A DNA stretch of 64,000 bases from an uncultured Actinomycetes bacterium (GTDB lineage: Bacteria > Actinomycetota > Acidimicrobiia > Acidimicrobiales > CAVTQP01). Positions 1 through 10,798 of the stretch are shown piece after piece. Location: positions 243,297-307,296 of the forward strand of contig CAVTQP010000001.1 in the NCBI GenBank assembly GCA_963736925.1. Reading direction: 5' to 3'. The notes beneath the pieces are model-generated. The model had not been told where the DNA came from. It saw only the letters and a program-made list of their open reading frames with translations, and did not search any database. Positions within the stretch are counted from its first letter, which is position 1. Each line of letters begins with the position of its first letter. The position numbers and the translations under genes are program-made.

Positions 1-810
1 TCCACCGAGACTTTTATGAACGAATTTGTAGATGCCATCAGGCGCAATGCCACAGCAGTATTCAAGCGCCGGTATCGGGAATGCGATGTCTTGTTGGTCG
101 ACGACATTCAGTTCATGGAGAACAAAGAACGTCTCCAAGAGGAGTTTTTCTACACTTTCAATCATCTCCATGGTGCGTCAAAACAAATTGTCATCACATC
201 CGATCGTCCTCCCAAGTCGATAGCCACCCTGGAAGAACGTCTCCGGAGTCGTTTTCTCTCCGGATTGATCACTGACGTCCAGCCACCAGAGCTCGAGACT
301 CGCTTGGCCATCCTTCGAAAAAAGGCGGAGGGTGAACGCATCTTCATACCTGACGAGATCCTGGAGTTCATTGCGACCAACGTGAAGGACAACACGAGGG
401 AGCTCGAAGGTGCTCTCATACGCGTCTCCGCCTTTTCCAGCCTGAACGGCCATCCCCTCACCCTGGAACTGGCCGAGCGCATCCTTTCCGACCTGGTGTC
501 AGTCGATCAACCCCGGCGAGTCACACCAAACGCGATCCTGAGCGCTACGGCCTCGACGTTCGGCTTCACCGTGGAGGAATTGTGTGGAACAAGTAGACGT
601 CGGCCACTCGTCACCGCAAGACAGGTCGGTATGTACGTTTTCCGAGAACTCACGGACTTCAGCTACCCTGCCATCGCCAGAGAGTTCGGAGGACGGGACC
701 ACACGACAGTGATACACGCTGTTGACAAGATCTCGGCACTCATGAAAGAGAAACGTCAGATCTACGACCAGGTGACCGAGCTCATCCATCTGATCAAAGG
801 AGGTGGATAA
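1..810 (+). CDS. dnaA: Chromosomal replication initiator DnaA, C-terminal part (5' end outside window)
   Basis: Frame 1 is open from base 1. The translation has the AAA+ Walker B region (VLLVDDIQF), sensor motifs, and the C-terminal DnaA-box-binding HTH (RRPLVTARQVGMYVFRELT, GGRDHTTVIHA). It is followed by dnaN-recF-gyrB-gyrA synteny. Confidence 0.95.
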   Translation, partial: STETFMNEFVDAIRRNATAVFKRRYRECDVLLVDDIQFMENKERLQEEFFYTFNHLHGASKQIVITSDRPPKSIATLEERLRSRFLSGLITDVQPPELETRLAILRKKAEGERIFIPDEILEFIATNVKDNTRELEGALIRVSAFSSLNGHPLTLELAERILSDLVSVDQPRRVTPNAILSATASTFGFTVEELCGTSRRRPLVTARQVGMYVFRELTDFSYPAIAREFGGRDHTTVIHAVDKISALMKEKRQIYDQVTELIHLIKGGG

Positions 811-1018
811 CCCGTTGGAGACGTCCGGGTGGACCTGTGCGTCCAACCTAAGATATCCACATGGGCCACCTTTCGAGTATCGCCATGGGGACGCCTGTGG
901 AAACCCGGTGGACAGCGTTGAGTATGTTCACCAGGCATCTTGAAGCCTCATCCACTATCCACAGCACCTACCCTTACTACAAGGATCTCCAAGACAAGTA
1001 CGAAGAAGGGATCCCTCG
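802..1018. promoter_or_regulatory. oriC-like DnaA-box cluster in the dnaA-dnaN intergenic region
   Basis: At least seven 9-mers within 1-2 mismatches of TTATCCACA lie on both strands. They are TTATCCACC (rc, 802-810), GGTCCACCC (rc, 827-835), ATATCCACA (853-861), TTTCCACAG (rc, 895-903), TGTCCACCG (rc, 906-914), TCATCCACT (948-956) and CTATCCACA (955-963). The position matches actinobacterial oriC. Confidence 0.6.
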
Positions 1019-2134
1019 GTGAAATTCCGTTGTGAACGAGACCTGCTTGTTGAAACCGTGGGAACCACATCCAGGGCGGTATCGACTCGCAGTGGGGGGA
1101 TACAAGCTCTTGCTGGGCTCCGGTTCGAACTCAGCAGGGACCTGTTGCATATCACCGGGGCTGACTCCGACCTCGACCTCGTCATCGAGGCTGATACACG
1201 GGTAAACGGCTTGGAGGAGGGTCAGTTCGTGGTCGACGCCCGCTTGGTGTCCGACATCGTGCGGTCCTTCGATCCCGGAGCTGTCTCGGTCGATTCGGAC
1301 GACGAAGAGGTGCGGATCGTCTCCGGTAGGTCTCAGTTCGGCGTGAAGACTTATCCCTCCGATGATTACCCGAAGCTCCCTCCGATTGAGGGAGCTGTCA
1401 TGTCCATGCCGGGGGGCCAGCTCGCCGATGCCCTGCGTCAGGTTGTGAGGGCAGCTTCGAGAAACGACATGCGCCAGCAGTTCACCGGGGTGCTCTTCTC
1501 CGCCGAGGACAAAGGGTTGCGTCTTGTTGCCACCGACTCGTATCGCCTGGCTATGCGTGACCTGGGCAAGGTGGAGGGAATGGCCGGGGATTTTCGTTCC
1601 GTAGTGCCGGCTCGGGCTCTGGGAGAAGTACAGCGGTTGCTCGGTGTCGGGTCGGATGACGCGAGAGATATGACGTTTCGAAACGGCGACGTACACGTGG
1701 CTTTCGACGTGGGTCAGGTTCGCGTCAGAACACGTCTGATCAAGGCTGACTTTCCGGAGTACCGACAGTTGGTACCCCCGAACTATCCCAACAGGGCGAC
1801 TCTACCGAAGGAGACCTTTCTCGACGCGTTGCGCCGAATGAGGTTGATGGTGAGAGACGATTCAAGCTCGGTGCGTGTGTCGCTGGGAGCCGACGGGTTA
1901 CGGCTGATGGTCGTTCATCCGGACATGGGTCGGGCAGACGAGGACGTGGATGCCAAATACGAAGGAAACGAGATGACCGTGGCGTTCAATCCGAGCTTTC
2001 TGATCGATGGAGTCGAGCCTGTGGCAGGAGATGAGGTTGTCCTAGAGACCGTCGATGCCACCAAACCTGCGATGGTTCGTGGCATCGAGGGTGATGAGTA
2101 CCGTTACTTGTTGATGCCTGTGCGAATTCCTTGA
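1019..2134 (+). CDS. dnaN: DNA polymerase III beta sliding clamp
   Basis: GTG start, 371 aa, three-domain clamp-like sequence ending ...YRYLLMPVRI. Canonical position after dnaA. Confidence 0.95.
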   Translation: MKFRCERDLLVETVGTTSRAVSTRSGGIQALAGLRFELSRDLLHITGADSDLDLVIEADTRVNGLEEGQFVVDARLVSDIVRSFDPGAVSVDSDDEEVRIVSGRSQFGVKTYPSDDYPKLPPIEGAVMSMPGGQLADALRQVVRAASRNDMRQQFTGVLFSAEDKGLRLVATDSYRLAMRDLGKVEGMAGDFRSVVPARALGEVQRLLGVGSDDARDMTFRNGDVHVAFDVGQVRVRTRLIKADFPEYRQLVPPNYPNRATLPKETFLDALRRMRLMVRDDSSSVRVSLGADGLRLMVVHPDMGRADEDVDAKYEGNEMTVAFNPSFLIDGVEPVAGDEVVLETVDATKPAMVRGIEGDEYRYLLMPVRIP

Positions 2135-2140
2135 CGATTT

Positions 2141-3214
2141 GTGCAGATATCGAGGCTGTGGGTACAGGATTTCCGTAACTACAATTTTGTCGAGTTGACC
2201 ACTCCACCTGGAATCACGGCAGTTCTGGGTAATAATGGTCAGGGTAAGACGAATCTCCTCGAAGCGTTCGCATATCTGGCGACGCTGGAGTCCTTCCGTT
2301 GGGCGCCGAAAGAGGCTCTGGTGCGCGATGGGGCCCTAGTCGCCGTTTTGAGAGCTGAGGGCGATGAGGCCGGGCGTGGGCTTCTTGTGGAGGCCGAGCT
2401 GTCACCTTCCGGTCGCGATCGGGTGCAGGTCAATCGTCAACCTCTGAAGCGCTCAAAGGACATCCTTGGTCGGTTGAGGGTGACGGTCTTCTCACCCGAC
2501 GACCTGGAACTCGTCAAAGGCCCTCCGTGGGCTAGGAGGCGTCTGATGGACGACATCCTGGCCTCCCTCCATTCCCGCCACGACCAGGCGAGGACCGAGT
2601 TGGAACGGGTGTTGCGACAGCGAGCGAGCCTCTTGAAGCAAGCCGGAGTCAAGACGACACCGGACATCCTGGGAACTCTCGATGTTTGGGATGGCAGGTT
2701 GGCGACGGTTGGAACGTCCGTGGCCGAGGCGCGTGAGGAGCTCGTGAAGGAGGTTGCGCCCTTGGTGGCCCGGGCATATGTCCGCCTGTCCGGGATGACC
2801 GGGCAGGTCGAGGTTGTGTACAGGCGCTCCTGGCAGGGGGATCTCGCGGCGGCGCTGATGGGGACAAGAGAGGAAGACCTGCGTCGCGGAAGCACGACGA
2901 TAGGTCCACACCGGGACGAGCTGGTCATCCGCCTGGCGGGGCTCCCGGCTAGAGGATATGCGTCCCAAGGTGAGCACCGTAGCCTGGCCTTGGCCTTGCG
3001 CCTGGCCACCCACGAACTGGTTACACAGAAGACGGGTGTATGCCCGCTTCTTCTTCTAGATGACGTCTTCTCCGAACTCGATGGAGAAAGGGCCGCCTCT
3101 CTTCTCCAATCACTTCCCCATGGCCAGACGGTGATGACCACCGCGGGAACGCTGCCCCCGGGGGTCTGGCCAGAAAAGGTCGTCAGGGTTAGCGAAGGAA
3201 GGTTGGAATCATGA
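2141..3214 (+). CDS. recF: DNA replication/repair protein RecF
   Basis: N-terminal Walker A (GNNGQGKTNLLEA), SMC-like signature region and Walker B (LLLLDDVFSELD). Synteny dnaN-recF. Confidence 0.93.
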   Translation: MQISRLWVQDFRNYNFVELTTPPGITAVLGNNGQGKTNLLEAFAYLATLESFRWAPKEALVRDGALVAVLRAEGDEAGRGLLVEAELSPSGRDRVQVNRQPLKRSKDILGRLRVTVFSPDDLELVKGPPWARRRLMDDILASLHSRHDQARTELERVLRQRASLLKQAGVKTTPDILGTLDVWDGRLATVGTSVAEAREELVKEVAPLVARAYVRLSGMTGQVEVVYRRSWQGDLAAALMGTREEDLRRGSTTIGPHRDELVIRLAGLPARGYASQGEHRSLALALRLATHELVTQKTGVCPLLLLDDVFSELDGERAASLLQSLPHGQTVMTTAGTLPPGVWPEKVVRVSEGRLES

Positions 3215-3543
3215 ATTCAGGACGCTTCGGAGGAGAAGCCAGAGATCCCCAGCCCCTTGGTCCATCTCTGGATCGTGTCGCCAAGAGTTTGGGAGTTCCC
3301 CGGGCCTCGGTGCTGACGACTGTCTTCCAGAGGTGGGAAGAGCTCGTGGGCGCGGACCTCGCTGCTCACTGTCGTCCGATCTCTCTCAGCCGGGGGACTT
3401 TGGCGGTGGTAACCGACCACCCCGGTTGGGCCACGCAGCTACGCTTCTTGGAAGGAGAAATACTGAGAAATCTCCTTGTGAACGGCACCCCCGTTGCGGA
3501 GCGGATAGCGGTGCGTGTCTCCCGCAACTCCGCCAAGCCGTGA
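3211..3543 (+). CDS. dciA: DUF721/DciA-like protein
   Basis: 110-aa ORF with an ATGA overlap onto the recF stop. It sits between recF and gyrB, like the mycobacterial DUF721 gene. The sequence is DUF721-like (LGVPRASVLTTVFQRWEELVG...LAVVTDHPGWATQLRF). Confidence 0.8.
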   Translation: MNSGRFGGEARDPQPLGPSLDRVAKSLGVPRASVLTTVFQRWEELVGADLAAHCRPISLSRGTLAVVTDHPGWATQLRFLEGEILRNLLVNGTPVAERIAVRVSRNSAKP

Positions 3544-3551
3544 CTGATAAC

Positions 3552-3560
3552 TGGTAGAAT
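3552..3560 (+). promoter_or_regulatory. Candidate extended -10 promoter element (TGgTAGAAT) upstream of gyrB
   Basis: The TGnTAnAAT-like motif lies about 40 nt upstream of the gyrB ATG, in the only AT-richer stretch of the spacer. No -35 element was evaluated. Confidence 0.25.
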
Positions 3561-3598
3561 AGATCGTGAAGGGCCGGGCTGCTGACCTGCTCGTTTAG

Positions 3599-5578
<1,980 letters not shown>

Positions 5579-5593
5579 CTGGGTGGTGTCGCT

Positions 5594-8056
5594 TTGAGCG
5601 ACGTCGTTACGGGGGGTCCGGGTGACGGCGACGTTCTGTTCGGAGCCATCGAGCCGATCGAGATCCAAGAGGAGATGGAGCGCTCCTTCCTTGAGTACTC
5701 CATGTCCGTCATCGTGGCCCGAGCGCTGCCAGATGCCCGGGACGGGCTGAAGCCTGTCCACCGACGGATCCTCTACGCGATGTACGACCAGGGGTTCCGT
5801 CCCGACCGTCCCCATGTGAAGTGCTCCAAGGTTGTTGGGGACGTGATGAGTCGGTTCCATCCCCACGGGGAAGGGGCCATATACGACGCGTTAGCGCGAA
5901 TGGCGCAGGATTTCAGCCTGCGGAGCTTGTTGATCGACGGCCATGGGAACTTCGGCTCCCCCGACCCCGATACAGGACCCGCAGCCAGCCGATACACGGA
6001 GTGTCGGCTCGCGCCGTTAGCCCTCCAGTTGATGGCGGGAATCGATGAGAACACCGTGGACCGCGTCTCGAACTACGACGGCAGCGACAGCGAACCCCTC
6101 GTGCTGCCCTCGCGATTCCCGAACCTGTTGGTAAACGGCTCGCAGGGAATCGCCGTAGGAATGGCCACAAACATCCCGCCTCACAACCTGGGAGAGGTCA
6201 TCGACGCCACCATTCATCTCATCGACAACCCCGAGGCCACATCCGACGAGCTCATGGCCCACGTCAAAGGCCCGGATTTCCCCACAGGAGCATTGATCCT
6301 GGGGAGGTCCGGGATCCTGGACGCATACCGGACGGGGCGAGGTTCGATCAAGCTGCGAGCTGTCGCCGAGGTCGAAGAGGTCAAGGGCGGAGGGTTCCGG
6401 ATCGTGGTCAGTGAGCTTCCGTACCAGACGGCTGTGGAGGTGATCGAACGAAAAATCGCCGAACTTGTCAACGCGCGTGAGCTCGAAGGGATTCGAAGCA
6501 TCCAGAACGACTCGGCTGGCCGGAAGTCGCGTTTGGTCATCGACTTGAAGCGGGATGCCAATCCCCAGGTGGTGCTCAACAACCTCTACAAACACACACC
6601 GCTTCAAACGAGCTTCGGCGTAAACATGTTGGCGCTCGTAGACAGCGTGCCTCGGACGGTGAACCTGGCTCAGGCCCTTACGGCTTACGTCGCCCACCAG
6701 GTCGAGGTCATTACCCGCCGCTCCCAGGAGCGACTGCGTAAGGCGCGAGCACGGGCACACATAGTAGAAGGCCTGCTAAAGGCGCTGGAGATGCTCGATG
6801 CTGTCATCGCTTTGATTCGCGGCTCCGAGGATCGCGGTGCCGCCCGGGAAGGCCTCATGGCCGCGCCCTTCGACTTCACCGAGGAGCAAGCCACCCAGAT
6901 CCTCGACATGACCCTGGGCCGGCTGACCCGTCTTGGTCGAGCGGAGCTCGAAGAGGAGATGGCAAGGCTCCGCGAGGCGATCGCCGAGCTCGAGGCCATC
7001 CTCGGCGACCCCCGGTTGCTGAGGGAGGTGATCAAGGACGAGCTCAGCCGGATCCGTGACGACTACGCAGACGACCGCCGGTCGAAGATCGTGCTCGACC
7101 CTGGGGATTTGGGGCTCGAGGACCTAATAGAGGACGAGGAGCTCGTGGTCACCATGACCAGGGCCGGCTACATAAAGGCCATGTTGGGGGCGGCCTTCCG
7201 CACGCAGGGACGGGGTGGCCGTGGCGTGCAGGGCACCAACCTGAAAGAGGAGGATCTGGTCAGCCACATAGTCCATACGTCAGCCCACTCCTTCCTCCTC
7301 ATGTTCTCCAACCGGGGGCGGGTCTACAGGCTCAAGGGTCACGAGATACCGCTCAAGGAGCGGACGGCCCGTGGAACCGCCATCGTCAACCTGCTCCCCC
7401 TGGCCCCAGGTGAGACCATCCAGGCAATCGTCGACACCCGGGACTTCGACGCCGGTCGATATCTGATGTTTGCCACCGGCCAGGGACAGGTGAAGAAGAC
7501 AGCGTTTTCCGACTACGACAAGTCACGGCGGGAGGGCTTCATCGCGATCAGCCTTAGAGAGGGTGACGAGCTCGTCCGAGTCGTCCAGACCACCGGCGAC
7601 GACGACATCTTCATCGTGAGTCGCAATGGCATGACCATTCGATTCTCAGAGCAGGACGTTCGTCCGATGGGTCGCGACACGGCGGGGGTTCGGGGCATGA
7701 AGCTGAGACCGGGGGATGAGGTCGTCTCCTGTGACGTCGCCCGGGACGACGTGGACATCTTGATGGTGACCGACGCAGGATTCGGCAAGAGGACCAAGTT
7801 GGAACGGTTCAACACTCAAACTCGTGGAGGCCAAGGGGTGAGGGGGATCCGCCTGACCGCCAGGAGGGGTTATGTGGCGGCGGCCTTCATGGCCGGACTG
7901 GAGGACGAGATCCTCCTCATCTCATCCGCCGGCGTGACGATCCGAACCGCGGTACGAGAGATCGCATCCCAGGGGCGAGACGCCACCGGAGTGCGGGTAA
8001 TGAACCTGGATGCGGGTCAGAGCGTGGCGTCGGTGGCGCCGGTGGAGTCGGAGTAA
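5594..8056 (+). CDS. gyrA: DNA gyrase subunit A
   Basis: TTG start. Has the catalytic-Tyr region (AASRYTECRL), the QRDR-like region (HPHGEGAIYDAL) and a GyrA box (QGRGGRGVQG), followed by C-terminal beta-pinwheel repeats. Confidence 0.95.
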   Translation: MSDVVTGGPGDGDVLFGAIEPIEIQEEMERSFLEYSMSVIVARALPDARDGLKPVHRRILYAMYDQGFRPDRPHVKCSKVVGDVMSRFHPHGEGAIYDALARMAQDFSLRSLLIDGHGNFGSPDPDTGPAASRYTECRLAPLALQLMAGIDENTVDRVSNYDGSDSEPLVLPSRFPNLLVNGSQGIAVGMATNIPPHNLGEVIDATIHLIDNPEATSDELMAHVKGPDFPTGALILGRSGILDAYRTGRGSIKLRAVAEVEEVKGGGFRIVVSELPYQTAVEVIERKIAELVNARELEGIRSIQNDSAGRKSRLVIDLKRDANPQVVLNNLYKHTPLQTSFGVNMLALVDSVPRTVNLAQALTAYVAHQVEVITRRSQERLRKARARAHIVEGLLKALEMLDAVIALIRGSEDRGAAREGLMAAPFDFTEEQATQILDMTLGRLTRLGRAELEEEMARLREAIAELEAILGDPRLLREVIKDELSRIRDDYADDRRSKIVLDPGDLGLEDLIEDEELVVTMTRAGYIKAMLGAAFRTQGRGGRGVQGTNLKEEDLVSHIVHTSAHSFLLMFSNRGRVYRLKGHEIPLKERTARGTAIVNLLPLAPGETIQAIVDTRDFDAGRYLMFATGQGQVKKTAFSDYDKSRREGFIAISLREGDELVRVVQTTGDDDIFIVSRNGMTIRFSEQDVRPMGRDTAGVRGMKLRPGDEVVSCDVARDDVDILMVTDAGFGKRTKLERFNTQTRGGQGVRGIRLTARRGYVAAAFMAGLEDEILLISSAGVTIRTAVREIASQGRDATGVRVMNLDAGQSVASVAPVESE

Positions 8057-8062
8057 CAGAAC

Positions 8063-8677
8063 ATGGACGGGAGGCGGGCGTCCCAGGGGCCTGGGTCGCC
8101 GCCTGCAACGGGCCGTCCTTCTCGTGCGGGGGCTTCCACAGCGGCGATCAAGGCGAACCTCTCCCAGGCGGACCCTCACCTGGACGACTCCCAACTGGTG
8201 TCCGGTTCGCGACGGTCGAGTCAGTCCCGACGGACCGCTCAGGCCACCGGCCCAGAGCCGGCGAAACGGTCCAGGTCCGAGCGTGGGCGTGTGTCCAACC
8301 ACACCGTCCGCAGGGTCGATCCGCGGACTGTCCTCAAAATATCGTTCCTCTTCTACCTGATGGTCCTCGTCGTGTTCCTGTTGGTGGGGGCCATTCTGTG
8401 GCTGGTGGCGTCGATCACCGGCGCCATACACGGCTTCGATCACTTCGTTGAACAGTTGTTCGGCTATCAATCGTTCACCTTCGCAGGACCACAGGTGGTC
8501 TTGGGCACCCTGCTGTCCGGGGTGATCCTGGTGGTGCTGGGCAGCCTGGTCAACTTCGTTCTCGCGATCGTCTACAACCTGGTGAGCGGGTGGATCGGGG
8601 GTGTGAGGATAGAGATCGTGGAGGAGGAGCCAGGATTGGACGGTGGTGTAGCTTCGCGGTCTCGGTCGGGGCTATAG
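8063..8677 (+). CDS. DUF3566-like membrane protein
   Basis: Basic, disordered N-terminus followed by two TM helices (VLKISFLFYLMVLVVFLLVGAILWLVA...). This is the conserved neighbour downstream of actinobacterial gyrA. The stop overlaps the tRNA-Ile 5' end by 10 nt. Confidence 0.78.
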   Translation: MDGRRASQGPGSPPATGRPSRAGASTAAIKANLSQADPHLDDSQLVSGSRRSSQSRRTAQATGPEPAKRSRSERGRVSNHTVRRVDPRTVLKISFLFYLMVLVVFLLVGAILWLVASITGAIHGFDHFVEQLFGYQSFTFAGPQVVLGTLLSGVILVVLGSLVNFVLAIVYNLVSGWIGGVRIEIVEEEPGLDGGVASRSRSGL

Positions 8678-8744
8678 CTCAGTCGGTTAGAGCGCAGCAC
8701 TGATAATGCTGAGGCCGCTGGTTCGAGTCCAGCTAGCCCCACCA
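8668..8744 (+). tRNA. tRNA-Ile (anticodon GAU), CCA encoded
   Basis: Cloverleaf read by eye. Acceptor GGGGCTA/TAGCCCC, anticodon loop CTGATAA, T-arm GCTGG-TTCGAGT-CCAGC, terminal ACCA. Confidence 0.93.
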
Positions 8745-8757
8745 TGAACTCAGAGAC

Positions 8758-8800
8758 AGCTAGCCCCACCAGACAGCCCCACCAGACAGCTAGCTCCCCA
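8758..8800 (+). repeat. Three tandem partial copies of the tRNA-Ile 3' acceptor end (att-like scars)
   Basis: The tRNA 3' end is AGCTAGCCCCACCA (8731-8744). It recurs as AGCTAGCCCCACCA (8758-8771), CAGCCCCACCA (8774-8784) and CAGCTAGCTCCCCA (8787-8800). Confidence 0.6.
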
Positions 8801-8886
8801 CGGCGTTCATGAAGGCGAGCGTTGTGCCCGGCCATCGGGCGCAAACGGGGCCGTGACTCGGCCGACCGATCTGTCTATGCGTCCGA

Positions 8887-9693
8887 TCAAGTATGGCGGC
8901 TGATGTAGCCCCGGCGGCGAAATGTGGCCAGCATTCGGACCAGGAAGCACAAGCAGGCCACGAACAAGACCACTGATCCGACGGCGCCCAGTCCTAGTTG
9001 GCCCAGGGGAAGCTCGTGGGTCGAAAGGACAGTGTGGGCAGCCTCGAAGATGTGGGTGGTAGGCAGCGCCTGGGCCAGCGGTTGGAGGACACCCGGTAGT
9101 GCACTCACGGGGTAGAAGACGCCCGACAGGGGCATCACCATCGCGAGCAGGCCCCAAGCAAGGATCTCGGCGCCCTGTCCCACCCGGAGGATCAGGCCGA
9201 TCACCAGCAAGCCCACTGACCAGCCCACGATCAGGAGCAGCGCCACCAGCGGAACCAGGGCTAGTCCCAGGTCAGTGATGCGGAAGGCGAACAAACCCAG
9301 AGCGACCAGCGCCACCGTCGTCACCCCCATGGTCAGTTTGACCAGGCCGAACAAGACGACGCCCGCGACGTATTCGATCTCTCGAAGCGGCGTGACCATC
9401 AGGTTGAGGAGATTTCGCGACCATGTCTCTTCCATGAAGCCCGTGGAAAGGCTTATCTCTGCCTGAAAGACCACGTGAAACAACAAGATGCCCGCCAGGA
9501 GAAAGCCCACCGCTGCGCTCCCTCTTCCCGACGCTCTTGCGAAATAGACCCCAAGGGAGCCGAACAGAACCGCGTCGACTACCGGCCAGAACACGACGTC
9601 GAACCATCTTTGCGGGGACCGCTGAAGGACGTAGGCGTGCCTTCGTGCGACCGTTTTGATCCTAAGCCAGCTCAAGGCATGTAAGCGCATCAT
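8887..9693 (-). CDS. ABC-2 type transporter permease
   Basis: Six predicted TM segments typical of the ABC-2 family. The start was trimmed to the ATG at 9693, which overlaps the upstream ATPase stop (ATGA). Confidence 0.8.
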   Translation of the reverse strand: MMRLHALSWLRIKTVARRHAYVLQRSPQRWFDVVFWPVVDAVLFGSLGVYFARASGRGSAAVGFLLAGILLFHVVFQAEISLSTGFMEETWSRNLLNLMVTPLREIEYVAGVVLFGLVKLTMGVTTVALVALGLFAFRITDLGLALVPLVALLLIVGWSVGLLVIGLILRVGQGAEILAWGLLAMVMPLSGVFYPVSALPGVLQPLAQALPTTHIFEAAHTVLSTHELPLGQLGLGAVGSVVLFVACLCFLVRMLATFRRRGYISRHT

Positions 9694-10481
9694 CGCAGCT
9701 TCTCCCTGAGGTCCTCGGCCTCCCTCAAGTCGGACGACCAACGCCCGCTCCGGTCGGCGGCCAGTTGGAGAAAGACACCTTCCAGGTCCGGGTGACCGAA
9801 TCCCGCCGCCACGTCGTCCGGCTTGCCGTCCGCCACCACGCGACCCGATGAGATAAAGACGACCCGTTCACAGAGCCTTTCGACCTCGACCATGTTGTGG
9901 CTGGTGATCAGCAAGGCCGTCCCTTGTTCCATCCGTAAGCTGTTGAGCCCGGTGCGCACCCTTTTGGCCACCTCGGGATCGAGTGATGCGGTGGGCTCGT
10001 CTAAGACGAGGAGGCATGGCCGGTGGAGCGTTGCCTTGACCACTCCCACGAGGGTTCGCTGACCCGATGACAGCTCGTTGCCCATCGCGTCTGCCAGATC
10101 CGAGATCTCGAAGCGGTCAAGACCCGCCTCCACCTGGGGCTCGGGGGTAGGAAGGCCGTACAGGCGTCCGAACATGCACAGGAACTCTCGGACCCGCAGC
10201 CGCTCGGGCAGGGGAAGGTACCCCGCCGCAAACCCGACGTGGCCGGCGGCTTGACTGCGCTCGCGGGGGAGACGATGACCGGCGATCTCAACTGATCCGG
10301 CGTTGGGGGTGACCACGCCCAGCAGCATCAGAAGGGTCGTTGTCTTTCCCGCGCCGTTGGGACCGAGGAGACCCACCCGCTCTCCGGGATGAACGGTCAG
10401 ATCGACCCCGTCCACGGCACGCACGCGCTTGTAGACCTTCACCAGGCCGCGGGCACACAACACTGCCTCCTCGGCTGCCAT
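9690..10481 (-). CDS. ABC transporter ATP-binding protein
   Basis: Walker A (GPNGAGKTT), signature (LSSGQRTLV) and Walker B (LLVLDEPT). The start was trimmed to MAAEEAVL. Confidence 0.88.
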   Translation of the reverse strand: MAAEEAVLCARGLVKVYKRVRAVDGVDLTVHPGERVGLLGPNGAGKTTTLLMLLGVVTPNAGSVEIAGHRLPRERSQAAGHVGFAAGYLPLPERLRVREFLCMFGRLYGLPTPEPQVEAGLDRFEISDLADAMGNELSSGQRTLVGVVKATLHRPCLLVLDEPTASLDPEVAKRVRTGLNSLRMEQGTALLITSHNMVEVERLCERVVFISSGRVVADGKPDDVAAGFGHPDLEGVFLQLAADRSGRWSSDLREAEDLREKLR

Positions 10482-10798
10482 CAGCCGAGTGTCCCAGAAC
10501 GCCGGTGCGCGGTGAAACTCATTTCCGCAGGCAGCGGACCCGACAAGGGACGGCGTCCGATTGCGAGCTGACCGACAAATGATGGGAGACCGACGTGGCA
10601 CAGGCGACGACTCCAGGATGAGACGCAGCTGTGGGCGAGGATCACCGCCGAAAGAACCATGTCCGTCGAGGCTGTCGCCGACTGAGGGCCACTGCCCCGG
10701 CCCGGCGCCTCGGCAGGGTCACTCCAAGCCAAACTTGACTGAACAGGTCGGAGTTTCTACTTTGCGGATACCGGCTGCTCCAGGGAAGGAAGATCGCC

